Assembly (NCBI GenBank): GCA_963693365.1
Contig: CAVNZM010000011.1
Coordinates: forward strand, 9,267,010-9,331,009
Direction: 5' to 3'
Source: Amoebidium appalachense
Lineage: Eukaryota; Protista; Ichthyosporea
Length of the DNA: 64,000 nt
Shown here: one piece after another, positions 13,909 to 29,176 of the stretch
Position numbering within the stretch: position 1 is the first letter of the stretch
Layout: every line of letters begins with the position of its first letter
The notes under the pieces: model-generated
What the model saw: only the letters and a program-made list of their open reading frames with translations
The model's database searches: none
Told to the model about the DNA's origin: nothing
Translations under genes and position numbers: made by a program

Positions 13909-14205
13909 GTTATCCAAATGATATCCCACTGATATCATTGCAAGAACGGGAGGTGTATTATAATATCTTTGTATGCCGTATTATGGTATTGGTATGATAG
14001 AAGAAAATGAAATGATATTCCTTTTCTAATATCAGAATAGTCTCATTCTAATACCGTGAATGATATCCAAATGATATCTATTGTAGAAAAGGGGCCGGTG
14101 TATTATAGTATCTTTGTATGCCCTATTATGGTATTGGTATGATAGAGGAAAATGTAACGAAATTCCTTGCCTAATATCATAATAGTGTCATTCTAATATC
14201 GTGAA
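13909..14205. repeat. Imperfect ~150-bp tandem duplication in an AT-rich, GATATC-rich block
   Basis: tatccaaatgatatc...ggtgtattata(a/g)tatctttgtatgcc(g/c)tattatggtattggtatgataga..aaaatg...ttcc...ctaatatca.aatagt.tcattctaata occurs twice. Confidence 0.75.
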
Positions 14206-14427
14206 TTCCAAACCTCATATCATAATAGCACTATTCCAATATCTTAAAATCGTGGAACATTTAAATCTGTACCCTATTATAGTATCATAATTGAGAGACA
14301 TGTATATCATTATGGTCACCTTTGATTGTCGTTGTGGGCATCATAGTGGTCACTTAAAATATATCATTCGTGTACCATAATTGTACCATTTTATTGATTC
14401 GTTCCGTCGTCGACGCCCCCCCCCCCA

Positions 14428-14468
<41 letters not shown>

Positions 14469-14747
14469 CGGGTCGATCTGCTATTAGCACTAAACTGTAT
14501 TCAGCACTTAAGAATAAAAATCCTCTATGAAAACTACTCCGGGACGTGTGTTGCCTCTAGGGGGACATCCCCTTGGACGAAAGTGAACCTGCAATGGTTG
14601 TAAACCACGGCAAGCCCCCAGTCATCAATTTATTGATCCGTGAGGTCCTTGTGCCCAAAAAACGGGGGAAGTCTTCGCCCCGTGAAAAAACAGCACGTAT
14701 GTGGGGATCAATGGGGGTTGAGTGTAGGGTGTAGGTGGGTGGGTGAA

Positions 14748-15083
14748 AAAAGAAAATATAGCTGTAAAGCTGTAGGTGCTAAACACAGAAGATGTGTTTG
14801 TTGCTTGCTGATCTGCTAAAAAACTGTCGTGCTTATGTACCTAAGGCTACCGAACTGAGCCTATCAAAATCGATCTAGTGTTATGTGAAATCTGATCCTG
14901 AGCCAATCAAACTCGGTCTAGTGATCTGTGGAATCTGATGTTTTGATCGGCTAATAGGTGCCCGTATGCGGGCAGCCGAACGCGAACTGCTAAAACATGA
15001 AACGAAGCCTGTTGATATCGGACACCCATCCTACGCGTTTACCCAGAAAAATATTTATGTCAATAATTTCCACAAATAAAACC
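14748..15083 (-). repeat. ~335-bp direct repeat, copy 1 (putative 3' A-repeat of the DIRS/Ngaro-like element)
   Basis: Aligns by eye with 19478-19822 (aaagaaaatatagctgtaa...cacagaagatgtgtttg...ccaatcaaa...taataggtgcccgt...acccagaaaaatatttatgt...ccacaaataaaacc). Confidence 0.9.
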
Positions 15084-15318
15084 AAAACAAAAAAATCGAA
15101 AACAAAAAAAACCCAAAAATCTCAAGTCAAAAAAAAAAACAAAACCCAAGTCAGACATAAATTTTCTAGGTCTCGCTCAAAGAGAACTATGTATGTTTTT
15201 CAAAGGTTCTAAGACACACGCCCAGTGTGTGTTAATACCGTCACATTTTAACCTTCAAAACAACCAAAATAAAACATAACAATATACTAACATTTTTGTT
15301 AGTTAGTATACTAAAATA

Positions 15319-17472
<2,154 letters not shown>

Positions 17473-18188
17473 GGTGTGAAGTAACACTAACTTCGAGGCT
17501 GCAAAGAACGTACGTTTGTGTTGCAGCCCCAGCTGCAGCTGTAGACTGTGCCGAGCTGCCCGCTGGGCACATGGCTCGGGATTACACCAGCATGAATCCC
17601 TTCGCAAATTGCCTGTGGGGGTCATTGGTCAAGCATTGAAATAACTCTCAAGCGCCCCAAAATATAACCATGATACGCCGAAGAAATATACATGTAATCA
17701 TCGGAAACGCTGATTTGATCTACGATTGAATGATTTATACCATCTGTGCTATATTAGCCACTCGGACGCCTGCAATAGGCGAATTTTAATCTGCCTGCTG
17801 TTTAAAAATCTGGGAATTTTTCTAAGTCTAATTAATGGCTCAGGAGCCATCGTTCGCGGATGGGTCGGACAATCTGCAGTGTGGGATGCCCGTGCACGCG
17901 GGGGTGTGGGCGGACACAGAGTTAGAAGAAGGGGGGGAGGGAGTGCTAGGTGAGTGTAAGGGGGGGGAGGCTCATGGGATGGGGGGGGGGGTAAAATTAT
18001 GTGCAGTGGCCAGAATAACGTCTTTGTGTAGGGACATTTATTCTTGGCGCGCGCGGGCGCCGTAGTTGGCCTGCAAAAATTTGTACTCAGCCCTAGTGGC
18101 CCGTTCTCCCGAGCTCCGTTTCCTTGTACCCGTGTATCCTAGCTCCTAGCCCCTATGTTCTATCTGTGTGTGTGGGTGTGTGCGTAGA

Positions 18189-19367
18189 CTAGGAATTGTG
18201 CTTGCAGTCTTTGCAGGGGTGTGTGCCAGAGCTGGGCGGGCACACGTGGGAGAAGGGGCAGGGCTGCTTAGCGCAGGACCGACCGTTAATGTGGAAATTC
18301 CTGCAGTGCGTCGCGGGTAGATCCACGGGTCGGGCCGGTTTTGCCGGGCCGGGTGGCGGGCCAGGGCGGTTGGGGGTTTGTCCCCCGCTGGGCTTGTGGG
18401 GCGGCTTGAAGCCATCAAGACCACTGCCGGGCTTGGGGTACATGGGACAGGCCGCGCTGGGGTGGTCGGGGGAAGCCACAGCGCTGACATGCGTCCGGGA
18501 TGAGCAGAGTGGGTGGCAGGAGGAGATCCTGGTGGAGTTGGGCGAGCAGGTTGGGACACTCGATCGGAGCCCGACCCTGCTGGTGGGCAACTGTACGGGC
18601 GTCCAAGTCGTAGTTGTGGATCTGGGCCCACGGGTATCGGGTGCTGAGGCGAGTGATGTGCTGAGTCCAAAGTACGTCCTTGTCCGTGGGGAGGTCGAGG
18701 TGGTGCTTGGCGGCCATGTAATGGGTCCAAGCTTGGATCCAAATGACGAGGGAACGCAGCCTGAGGAGAACGGGTTTGTCATTGTGAAAAGTCTCGAATG
18801 ATGCTGCCGTCGTCGGCCATGCGCAGCTGCTGACCTTTCTTGGATGGGCCAGGAGGGCTGCGGGGGTGAACTTATACAGGTCGACGAAGCGATTGGCGTG
18901 CAAATCTGCCAGCATATTCGCGGGGGGAAGCGGCAGTGTGCCTGGCTGAATGTCGCCAGTGTTCTCACCTGTGATGGGCCCGGGGGCGCGGGCAGGGCAG
19001 GTAAGTCCAGGTCAGGGCCGAGATGCAGCCCCGGGGAAACCTCCCTGGGTGCGGAGGGCGCGGCTGGGGGCGCGGGAGGGTCGCGGTTGGTGAGAGCGGC
19101 CAGGACGCCGGCCATCTGGGTGCTGAGGGCGGTGAGGGCGGCAAGGACGGCATCCTGAGAAGTCATTGGCGGGGACGGCGGGGCCTGAGGAGGGACTTCA
19201 GGAGTAGAGGGGAGAGTAGCCGGAGGGTCCGTGGTGGTATGGGCCTCCGGAGGCGCGTCGGTGCCCGCGGGAGCGTTGGTCAGCCTGTTGCGGAGGTCGC
19301 TGCGGGTCAGGCGCTTAGGTGCCGCGGCAGGGGCGGTGGCTGAGGCCTGGCGCTTTTTCGGCGGCAT
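18189..19367 (-). pseudogene. DIRS/Ngaro (tyrosine-recombinase retrotransposon) Gag-like ORF1, frameshifted
   Basis: GC-rich ORFs 18189-19367 and 18415-18915 combine to give a Pro/Ala-rich N-terminus, NRFVDL, WIQAWTHYMAA, RYPWAQIHNYDLDAR (cf. WxxYDxxFR), CQRCG..H zinc knuckle and CRNFHINGRSCAKQPCPFSHVC CCCH finger, the typical DIRS/Ngaro Gag motif order. Confidence 0.75.
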
Positions 19368-19411
19368 GCTGACCGGCGTAGGGAAAGATAGTGAGAATGA
19401 AATGAAAAGAA

Positions 19412-19822
19412 GAAAAGAAAATATAGCTGTAACTTAGGGCTGTAGGTGCTCAACACAGAAGATGTGTTTGTAGCTTGAAAAGAAAATATAGCTGTAAGGG
19501 CTGTAGGTGCTCAACACAGAAGATGTGTTTGTAGCTTGCTGATCTGCTAAAAAACTGTGGTGCTTATATACCTAAGCCTATCGATCCGGGCCAATCAAAA
19601 TCGATCTAGTGATATGTGAAATCTGATCCGAGCCAATCAAAATCGGTCTAGCGATATGTGGAATGTGATGTTTTGATTGGCTAATAGGTGCCCGTGTGCG
19701 GGCAGCCAACCGCGAGCTACTAAAACACGAAACGAAGCCTACATGGTTATGTCGATACCGAACACCCATCCTACGTGTTTACCCAGAAAAATATTTATGT
19801 GAATAAATTCCACAAATAAAAC
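19412..19822 (-). repeat. Direct repeat copy 2 (putative 5' A-repeat/promoter of the Ngaro-like element) with an internal ~65-bp tandem duplication
   Basis: Homologous to 14748-15083. 19412-19477 is duplicated at 19478-19540. Contains CCAAT/ATTGG boxes and lies directly upstream of the gag ATG (19367). Confidence 0.85.
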
Positions 19823-19829
19823 CTTTACG

Positions 19830-21481
19830 GCACGTGTCTCATTCGTGCATACCCTGTGCAGTGTGACAGCACTTGGCAAGCCGGCATAGGATGTACCCCT
19901 GTGACCTCACCCTACTACATAACCGTTGGTGATGTGTAAATGGATTGCAACATGAAATGAAGAAGGGTGCAAGCGAACTAATCATGGAAACTAGGGGGGA
20001 GGGGGGGGGGGGAGGGGGGAGGGGGCCGGGGGGCACTTACTGTCCATAGTCCGATGTCAAGTCAAGCAGACCAATGAACTCCTGCTTGAGGCGGTCCAGA
20101 GTACGCATGTCCGTACATGAACCCATGTCGGAGTACAGGCGCTGCAAGTGGTTCTTGGTGGCATCGGTGAGGGGTGCAGACGCAAGACGAGACGCAAAGT
20201 TGCGATTCTTGTGTGGCAGGCAGTTGAAGTGGCTGTTGGCCCCAAGAACAGCCCTGGTGTTCTCAGTGCCCGCTATTTGGTTGTCTGTGCACGGCAGGGT
20301 TAAATTGTTAGTGGTATGCCGGTTGTCATTTGCCCCCTGGCGTTGTATAAGGAAGAAAGAAGATGCTACAGAGAAGAAAAACAAGAAAACCGTCTCTTAG
20401 TGATCACTACGTGTGTTTGCTCTTGTATTCTGTAGTAGGCAAGGGCAAGGAAATCGCTAAATCTGCTCCTGCGTGCGCCTTGGTTGCAAATTCAAATAGG
20501 TGAGTTGTGTGTGTGCACGTGGTTTTGAATACGGGTGTGGTGCATGCGTGCGTGTGCGCGCGCATGTGTGTGCGGCACGGTGCATGCGTGCATGTGCACG
20601 CGCGCATGTGTGCGTGCGCGTGCGTGCCTGTGTGCTCGTGGGGAAAAAAAAAAAGGGGGGGGGGGGGGGGGGTAACTAAGAAGGCGCCGGGGGGCAGGGG
20701 GGGGGGATAACCTACCGACATCAGCCTCGTCGGTTATGATGGAATCCACAGCCCCGGGCTCAATGGTAAGACCAACCTCGCCCAGGATTTCTAGGGCGCT
20801 CTTTAGAATCCATCAAGTGATGGCCTTGCTCTCGGACTTGGTAAATGCGTAGATGGCTATCTGGGTAGCGGCCAGTGTTTCTCGGACATTCACGCTGCAG
20901 AAGCGCCAGCCGTCATCACTGATGCCCTTGTGGGTGTAAGCTATGTGGAGAGTCTGCATGTGAATGGCATGAGCAGTCTCCCCCGGGCCCCCCCCCCCTT
21001 CATTACACGCTTACCACACACAAACACCACACACACACACTGCAATATCACACCTACACACACACGCACACACAAACACACATGCACACACACACATACA
21101 GAGGAGAGGGAGCCGTTGAGTGAGATAAAAACAGACAAGCCACCACACCAAACAAAGCACCACAACCCACATTTCAACCTGAAGAGAAAACTTTGAACAC
21201 AAATAAGACCAAACGTACGGCACACAAGAGAACCACAAAACACCTTCATGAACATGTATGTGGGTACTGAAGGGCAGTGAGTAAGGATAATAGATGCCCT
21301 CACACAAAACAATACACACAACTGCACCAGAATTGCACCTGCACACACACACAAGCATACACACACACACACACACACGCATGGACACACATCACACACA
21401 CACTCACACACCTCTCTCAGACACACACTGACACACACACACATACACCCACACATCCACACACCCGCACACCCACCCCCC

Positions 21482-21512
<31 letters not shown>

Positions 21513-22880
21513 ACAGGAAGCACAAGCCTGTACGTGCTCTACACGTGACGGATGCGATGCAAACCGATGTGCACACGAGTTATCGAGACAGAGACACCAA
21601 GTCATAGCATCACAAGCTGACCACATACCTGACAGAGTGTGTACAGCAGGCCAATCCCCTTCGGGTACATCAGCACGACACCATCAATGATGCTATTGCC
21701 CATGTGCACCTTAGACCGGGCACCATACTTCTGCGCCGCCAGCCGGAACACCTCCGTAAGTCTCACTACTATGGCTGCAGGGTCGGTAAGGGCCCTTGCT
21801 GATGTCCGACCTTTGCCGAGCATTTGCTGCACCCGCTGGGCAACCCTCAACGCAGTTGCGGAAGGTGGGGCACTTGTGCATCAAGCACTTCCTGAGTAAT
21901 GAACAGCGGGGAAATGTGTGTGAGCGATGGTTTGTGTATGTACTTGGGTGTGTAACAGCACATGAGAGTGAATGTGGGGTGTGGGTGCGAGTGTGTGAGC
22001 GAGTGTGAGCATGAGTTTAAGTGTATGAGATATGAGTGTGTGTGCTGTGTGAGTGAGTGTGTGCATGCATGTGCATGCATGTGCTAGTGTTATCCACCTA
22101 ACCTTTGTGAATCTACGTCAGCCTCAGCTACAACCGGTGAGGTTTTGTCTATGAGGGGTGGTGGTGGTGGTGTGTGTGTGTGTGTGTGTGTGGGTGGTTG
22201 GGTGATGGGGGTAGCGCAGTGGGTGGTGTGAAAAAGAAATGAGAGTGGGGGTGGGGGTGGGGGTGGGGGTGGAGGGTGTTTGTGTGTGTGTGTGGGTTTT
22301 GGGGGGGGGGGGGGGGGGGTAGAAGAGTGTTGAGGCAAAGCGAGGAGAGTGTGAGCGAATGAATGAGTTATGCAGGATACCTATAGGGAATAGTAATATG
22401 CATACTAGTATGTGTGAAGCACATGAGGGGATGCCCACCTGATGTCTGAAGGTGACCCAGCATTTGACAACGAAAAAAGCCGCATGTACTGCTCTTTAGG
22501 AAGCGCTTCTAGCTCGTCGCAAAGGGCTTTGCCTTTTTTTAATTTGACATTTTGCCGCCGATGGGCTTCGTACAACTCTGGGCCCGGGCAACAGCCATTG
22601 CCGTGCTCCAGAACGGTCTTGGTGCGACGATAGGGCTGGTCGTGAACATTCGCCACTCCCTTTCTCACTGGGTGCCACAGTGTGCATAGACCCTGAACGT
22701 GCAACTGACCCCGTCTACGCATTGAAACAGCCCCTTCTTCGTGGCAGGCACACCCAGGCACGTGAGTTTAATCATCCCCGTGCTATCGGTTTGGGCAGTT
22801 GAGACGTAGACTAATTGACGGCCAGCGGCATAGGACCGTACACACTCGATGAAGGCAGCACGATTGGGGAACTCCACAGG
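19830..22880 (-). pseudogene. Intron-containing Mutator/MULE (FAR1-like) transposase, decayed
   Basis: Exons: EFPNRAAFIECVRSYAA..LTC..SCTFRVYA..EWRM..EHGNGC (FAR1/WRKY-like Zn DNA-binding domain, ~22877-22440); ~21895-21628; TLHIAYTHKG..AFTKSESKAIT*WILK..SIITDEAD (MULE core, ~20953-20716); HFNCLPHKNRNF (CxxH motif, ~20250-20041). In-frame TGAs at 20813-15 and 22665-67. Further 5' exons are possible to ~25.8 kb. Confidence 0.8.
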
Positions 22881-23551
22881 GAGATCTGCTGATGCAAGAA
22901 AAGAGAGTCAGATAAAGATTAAACACAATAGGTGGTCTGTATCTAAGGGTGAAGCAGAGCAGGGAATGAACAAGTGTAAGGGTTATGAAGGAGGAGTGCC
23001 TGTGGTATGTCTATGTGAGTGTGGGACAGTCAACAAAACGAGGTGACACGCAAAATGACAACCCACGAACTTTAATCAAGAAAGCAGCTACAGGGAAGGG
23101 GCAGGCCCCCCACATCTGCCCTAAACACATCTAGCTTCAAGTCCGACGTTTGTGAGAGTGAAAGTACACACTCTTGGCACGGGGAAGTGGGGGTGCCCGG
23201 GGGGGGGGGGGGGGGGGGGGAGGTATATCCTGCAATGCTTTAACATACATATGTTTGTTTGTTCTTATGATAGAAGCAGGAACACACACATACCTTCCAT
23301 TGCCGGGCCACAGTTCACTGGGGCTTGCTGGTAGGAGTGTGTGGGATTGGGGTCTGAGCTAGCCAGCTGTTCCAAATTAACCCCTGCAGCATGCATCGTG
23401 TTAGAAATGAATGTGTTTACAGTGCGGATGTGTGTACTGTGTTTGCGTGTGCTTGTGCATGTGTGCACTGCAGCAGCGATTGTGTGCGCGTGCACGCGTA
23501 CCATGCGTGTACAGTGTGTGTGTGTATGTGTGTGTGTGTGTGTGTGTGGTG

Positions 23552-23584
<33 letters not shown>

Positions 23585-23606
23585 CATGGGTGCGTGTGTG
23601 CGCGTG

Positions 23607-23673
<67 letters not shown>

Positions 23674-24707
23674 ATGCGTGTGTGTTTGTGTGTGTATGTG
23701 TGTGTGTGTGTGCATGTGCGCTGCCAAGGCAAAGCTTCGTGGCGACGGAGTGAGTCTATGTGTGTGGTTGTGAAAGGGTGGGTAGGTTAGAGGGTGAGAA
23801 GAGAGAAGGGAGAGGGGGGAGGGGGGGGAGGAAAGGGGAGAAAGAGAGAGGAGAGAGAGTGTGTGTGCGCGCGGGCTGTGTGATTGTGCGAGTCTGTGTG
23901 TGTTTTGCTCAAACTTTAACTTGAAGAGGGCGGGGGCGGGGGCCGGCGGGGGGGGGGGGGGGGGGGGGGGAGCGGTTGTATGGAAGGAGGACAGGGGACA
24001 CACCGGGAATGGGCATGGGGCTTGGCTGTAGAGACACGGGTTGTGGACTCTGTAGAACCCATGAAGGTGGTGCCGCTGGCTGATTCACTGGACCAACAAC
24101 TAGTGAACACATATTTCCTTAATAAGTTGCCTACACCGGACCCAGGTGTGCTCTTGCACACTTCTTGCGCCACGGGTAGTGTGACTTAAGAATTCATCCA
24201 CAACCATAGTGTGATACAGTTAATACATTTGTACGTTGTCTCGTATAAAGCATTGTACAGTACGAAAAGGGGGGAGGGGGGGGTAGGGGGGGAGAAGGAG
24301 GGGAGGGGCGGGATAGCATAGTAGGGTAGGAGGGATAAGAGTTGCACAGAAGTCTAAGACGGACAGTGTTTTGCAATTGTGCAAAAAGGGCGCACTCCCT
24401 CACGGGGGGTCCGGTCATTGCGGAGGGGGCGAATTCAGTGCTGTGTTGTCAGTGGGGGGGAGGGAGGGTGGGGGGTGGGGAGAGGTTGATGCGTTATAAA
24501 GTACAAAGTACACACCAACAACAGACGGGGAGGGGAGGGGAGGGGGGGAGGAGGGGGGGGGGGGGGTGGACACCTTCCATGTGTTCGATGAGTGGGATGA
24601 GTGTGTGTGTGGCACGTGTACGTGAAGAAAGCAGAGGAGGGAAGCAGAGGAGCGGGGGGAGGGGGTGGGGGGGATGAGTGTGTGTGTGGCACGTGGATAC
24701 GGTGTGT

Positions 24708-24778
<71 letters not shown>

Positions 24779-25495
24779 TTGGGTGAGCGGCACACGTATG
24801 TGCATGGTGTGTGTGTCTGTGTGTTTTCTTTTTTTTTTTTTTTGGGGAGGGGGGGGGAGGGGGGAGGGGACTCTTGCGCAAGCAGCAAACATTCATATGT
24901 GAGTTTGTGCCCGTGCGGTGCAAACACGTCTTTGAGTGTCTGCGCGTACGGTTGCATGCAAAGCTCTTTATGAGTGTAAGGACAGGTTTTCAAGGAACAT
25001 GAATGGAATGAGAAGGGAAGGGGGAAACCAAGCACACACACCTTGCAAGGGGCTGTTGCAGACAGTACGTTCACTCGAGAATGTGTGGACCATGATGCGA
25101 AGGAGGAGAGGCTGAGGATGCAAGCTTGTGAGGGTCTAAAATTCCCTGCTGACGTGCACAAGAAGAGAAGGAAGAGGGCGGGAGACCTGTGGGGGAAGAT
25201 GGTGTTGGGCGGCGGGGGGGGGGGGGGGGGGGGGAGGGGGGGAGGAGGGGGCGGGGGGGAGGGGGAAGAAAGGGAGGGGTGTTTTGGGGGGAAACGCCGG
25301 GAAGGGAGGGGGTTGGGGTTGGGGGGAGGGGGTTGGGGTTGGGGGGATGATGGGGAGGCGAGGGGAAGAGGGGGGGAGTGAATGGGGGAGGGAGGGGTGG
25401 GAGGGGGCCCGGGTCCCGGAGTGAATGGGGGAGGAAGGGGGTGGGAGGGGGGAGGGGTGGGGGGGGGGAGACGATGGAGGAGGAAGGGGTGGATG

Positions 25496-25532
<37 letters not shown>

Positions 25533-25959
25533 GGGGAGGGGAGAGGGAAGGGGAAACAGGCATGCATGTGGCACCTTGCGCCGTCGTCTGAGAAGGAAAA
25601 GGTCTCCACCTGGGCCATACTGCCGGTGAGGACGCAGGAGGCATCTGAAAGGACACACTGCATTAGCTGGCGTCTTGCAAAGGATTGTCTGTTGTGTATG
25701 TAGCTGTTCTACCTGCGAGGGGCACAGATGACCTGCAGCCACCAGGGTGGAACGGCCAAGTATCTGCAAGAAGTTTAAGTCAGTTCTGTTACTCCAGCTA
25801 AGCGAGGTGACAGAAATGACAGGTGAGTACTACCCAGAGGACGGTAATCGACAGCTGCTGCGGCCATTCTTTTGCGGCCAGCGCGAGCGGCAGTGCACAG
25901 CGCCACAACATTTTGAAAAACGGCCTTTTGTAGGCGAGGCAATAGAAAACGGTCCGTTG

Positions 25960-26070
25960 TTTATTTACAAACGCGCGCGGAAAGTGTTGACGCCAAAAGC
26001 GCGCGTAAAGTGTTGGCGCCAAAAAACGAAGAGGCAGTGTGTGGTGCGAAAAAAGCGCGAAAAAAAAAAG
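25960..26070. promoter_or_regulatory. Cluster of E2F-like sites (TTTSSCGC)
   Basis: gcgcgcggaaa, gacgccaaaa, gcgcgcgtaaa, ttggcgccaaaa and gcgcgaaaaa within ~110 bp. Confidence 0.45.
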
Positions 26071-26907
26071 CTAAGTGTGGGGGATGAAGAGTGGTATGCA
26101 GAAAAAAGAAATATGTATATGTGATTGGCACGTGGTCACAGCATGCTTTCTCAGAAGGGTGCAAACTAGATCGAACATGATGGATTGGATGAAAGTGGCT
26201 CCCCAATGAAAACCCTCCAATATAGAGTGTACTGATAGTCTTACATCAGATACTCTTACCTGTGGCATAATGTATATACCATGTACTACAACAGGCGGGG
26301 TTTGAAATTATAGTCGAATGGTGGTCGACGGGGTTCGAAATCGGACGAGTGATTGGGATTTCGATGCAGGGAATCATTATGGGAGCCTCCGGTGCAGACA
26401 GGGCGGCGCGGTGGAGACCACGTCGGGACAGGGGGACACGTCATGAAGTGTCAAGGAACTTGGAGCGCGACGGCAGAACCAAGGGTGGAGTAAGGCTTGA
26501 CGTGACGGAGAGGAACCAGGACGGAACTGGAAGGAGGGCAAGCTGAACCTGCAAGGATGGCACGATTGTCAAGGCGTGACAGAAGCTCTTGTCAAGATGA
26601 GTCAGATCTTGTCAGGGGAGTGACGGAGGACCGGTTACGGACGGACGCGGGAGGAGCCGAGAGGCTAGGAGACGGCGGGAAGGGGGACGGGAAGTGCCAG
26701 AGACAGAATGTGCAGAAAAGCACAGACGGGTTCAGGGGACGCCAGGGACGGATGTACACGGCCTCAGCACCAAGAGGAAGGGGGGCGGCGTCAATTCACG
26801 GAATAGGCACTCAACGTTAACACGCAAGTGATCATTAGATGAGGTGCATGAGGAGCTGACCACAGCTATGATGTGTACCAGGAATTTAACGATCGCTAGG
26901 TCTAGAT

Positions 26908-27695
26908 GTGTTTCGAGAGCGTGCGAAAATGGGCCTCTAACCTGTTTTTTTATACGCCGTGTATTAAGGGAGCAGAGTGCACAGAGGTGTCATGTAAAAC
27001 ACGACCAACACAATAAAGAGAGGGCAATCGGAGTTGTTCACGATACATGAAAGATTTCAAACAACAACTGGCCTTTTATTGTGCTCTCGGGTCTTTTTGT
27101 ACTTGCAACTTATCATCTTATCTCAACTAAAGGGGGAGAACCAAGCGGTTCTATCAGATGACAGAAAAAAACACATTCCGACAGAGCATACGCATTCCAA
27201 CTTCCGACCTAACTAAAGCTTAGAAACTCTTACTTAAATAACCGTGACTTAAGTAATTATACATCTTGTCACTATTAATACACATATATATATTTATACT
27301 CGTCTCTATAAAGAAACTCATTTAAATACATATATTTCCTAATAGTCGACACTCTTAAAGTGAAGACACATTACGATAAACCGAATTCCATACATCTCTA
27401 TTGTGTCCAATCATAACATGTATATTAATAGACAGGAATGCACAACACGATCTATAGATGTACTCACTCGCGACTATTGGTGAGTCACCTTATTGTGAAC
27501 TAAAACTAAGCCACTTTGAACGAAAACAAAGACAACGAATCAATCACGCTACCTCTTAGATAAACCGAGGAGACCAAACATAAATAAAATACAATAAGTT
27601 CTATCAGGCAGGAGAGCCAGGTGTGCACAGATCTACAGATATCTGTGCACACAGAAACAAGGGAGAGAGAGAGATAGGGGGGGGGGGGGGGGGGG

Positions 27696-27745
<50 letters not shown>

Positions 27746-27880
27746 GAAAGAAAAGAGAAAAGGGAGAAAAGGGGGGAGAGCACAAAGAAGGAGAGCAGAC
27801 ACGAATACAAACAAACTTTAAGCTAAGACACATACATACTTCCTGACTCTTGCTGTCCTACGTAGTGACGTATTCCAACA
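26908..27880 (-). mobile_element. Ty1/Copia LTR (26943-27880) with PBS and short 5' leader; internal coding region absent
   Basis: Minus strand TGTTGGAATA...AAACA followed by ggttagaggccc (Copia-type ggttatgggccc PBS); homologous to 42050-43035. Confidence 0.85.
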
Positions 27881-28939
27881 GTGGAAAAAACGAAAAAACA
27901 TAAAACAGCCAAAAACAAAAGTCAAGGCTTCTTCAGCAAGGAAAAGCAGGAAAGAACAGCGGTGAGGCATAAACAAACACACAAAGTAGTAAGGTCTGCA
28001 AGTAGGTTGCTAAGGGAAAAAAAAATAAAGAATTTTCGGCAGAGCAGAGACACAAGTGGAAAGCGTGACTGTAGGGGCTCCCAGGGCACAAAGGAAAGCA
28101 CCTTCTCTCTGCTACCATGTATCAACGTGCTCTCAGGCACAGAAAGGAGACAAGACAGGCAAAGAGACACTGACCTCGTGGTAAGGTGGACGAGCCTGTA
28201 TTGTCGGGCGTGCGCGAGAGCTGAGACACGTGGCAGCAAGAAAGGATCAGACATGAACGAGAGAGAGCCCAGCGAGAGACTGGGCTGGCATGATGCATGC
28301 GGCAGGCTAGGGGCATGCCAGGGGGGTCTATCAGAGAGGGGGGTCTATAGGCCCGACTATCCAAGGGATATCTCGCTCATACATATTTTTTAGTTCTCGT
28401 CCATGATTGGTTCACCTAAACAATTTCTTATCGCTTTGGCACCATCTTGCCACCCGTCACACTGATCAGTTTCAGATAACGAGTGGCTCACACGCTGTGC
28501 AGTACAGCGGCCAACACGGTTTGTTGCCGTTTTTCACTTTTTTTACTGCTGAAAACCGGAAAAAGCGCGTCCTTCCTGTGTCGCATAAAGATAGACAACC
28601 ATCGGTCAAATTTTGCACATAAGCTTGTAAGCCAATGACCTTGGGGTCTACCAAGTTTCAACTCGATCTGACATTGGGTTGTCACGCTAGTGTCACCAAT
28701 ATTCGGGTCGCACCTCAAACCAAGAAAAGGTACCATCGCTTTTGTGAGCTTTGCCAATAAACCCAAGGTCAGAATTGATTGACAATTTACAGAATAAGAG
28801 TTTACATCTATATTTAGTACGTAGCAAAATTTGGTGAAAAATTATATTGAACTTCTCTCTCCACAATTTCTCAAATTATATGCAAAATGTTCGGGTAGGG
28901 GACTTTTGGCCCGATTTGCCGGCCCGGCCGGGCAGGCCA

Positions 28940-29048
28940 TCATAGCGAACCGGCCGGCGTGCAAATCTCGTCCCACATCTCGGGGTTGACACCGACCCGA
29001 CTGCAAAGCTCGTCCCACATCTCGGGGGTAACACGTCTTTCCCCCCTT

Positions 29049-29080
<32 letters not shown>

Positions 29081-29176
29081 TTCAATTTCACCACGCGGAG
29101 ACTTGGGGTCAGTACCACGAGGAGACTTGGGGTCAGTGTGCCCCGACTCCAAATCTTCACCATTAGGGTATGACAT
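28940..29176 (-). CDS. Small putative ORF (78 aa) with in-frame tandem duplications
   Basis: TATAAAAA at 29271-29264 upstream of the ATG; 24-bp (TDPKSPRG x2) and 42-bp (PEMWDE.C x2) duplications keep the frame. Confidence 0.3.

Noticed and set aside
27881-28393. 170-aa Lys/Arg-rich ORF next to the LTR
   Set aside because: Non-ATG start, purine-biased composition, no motifs; probably non-coding element sequence
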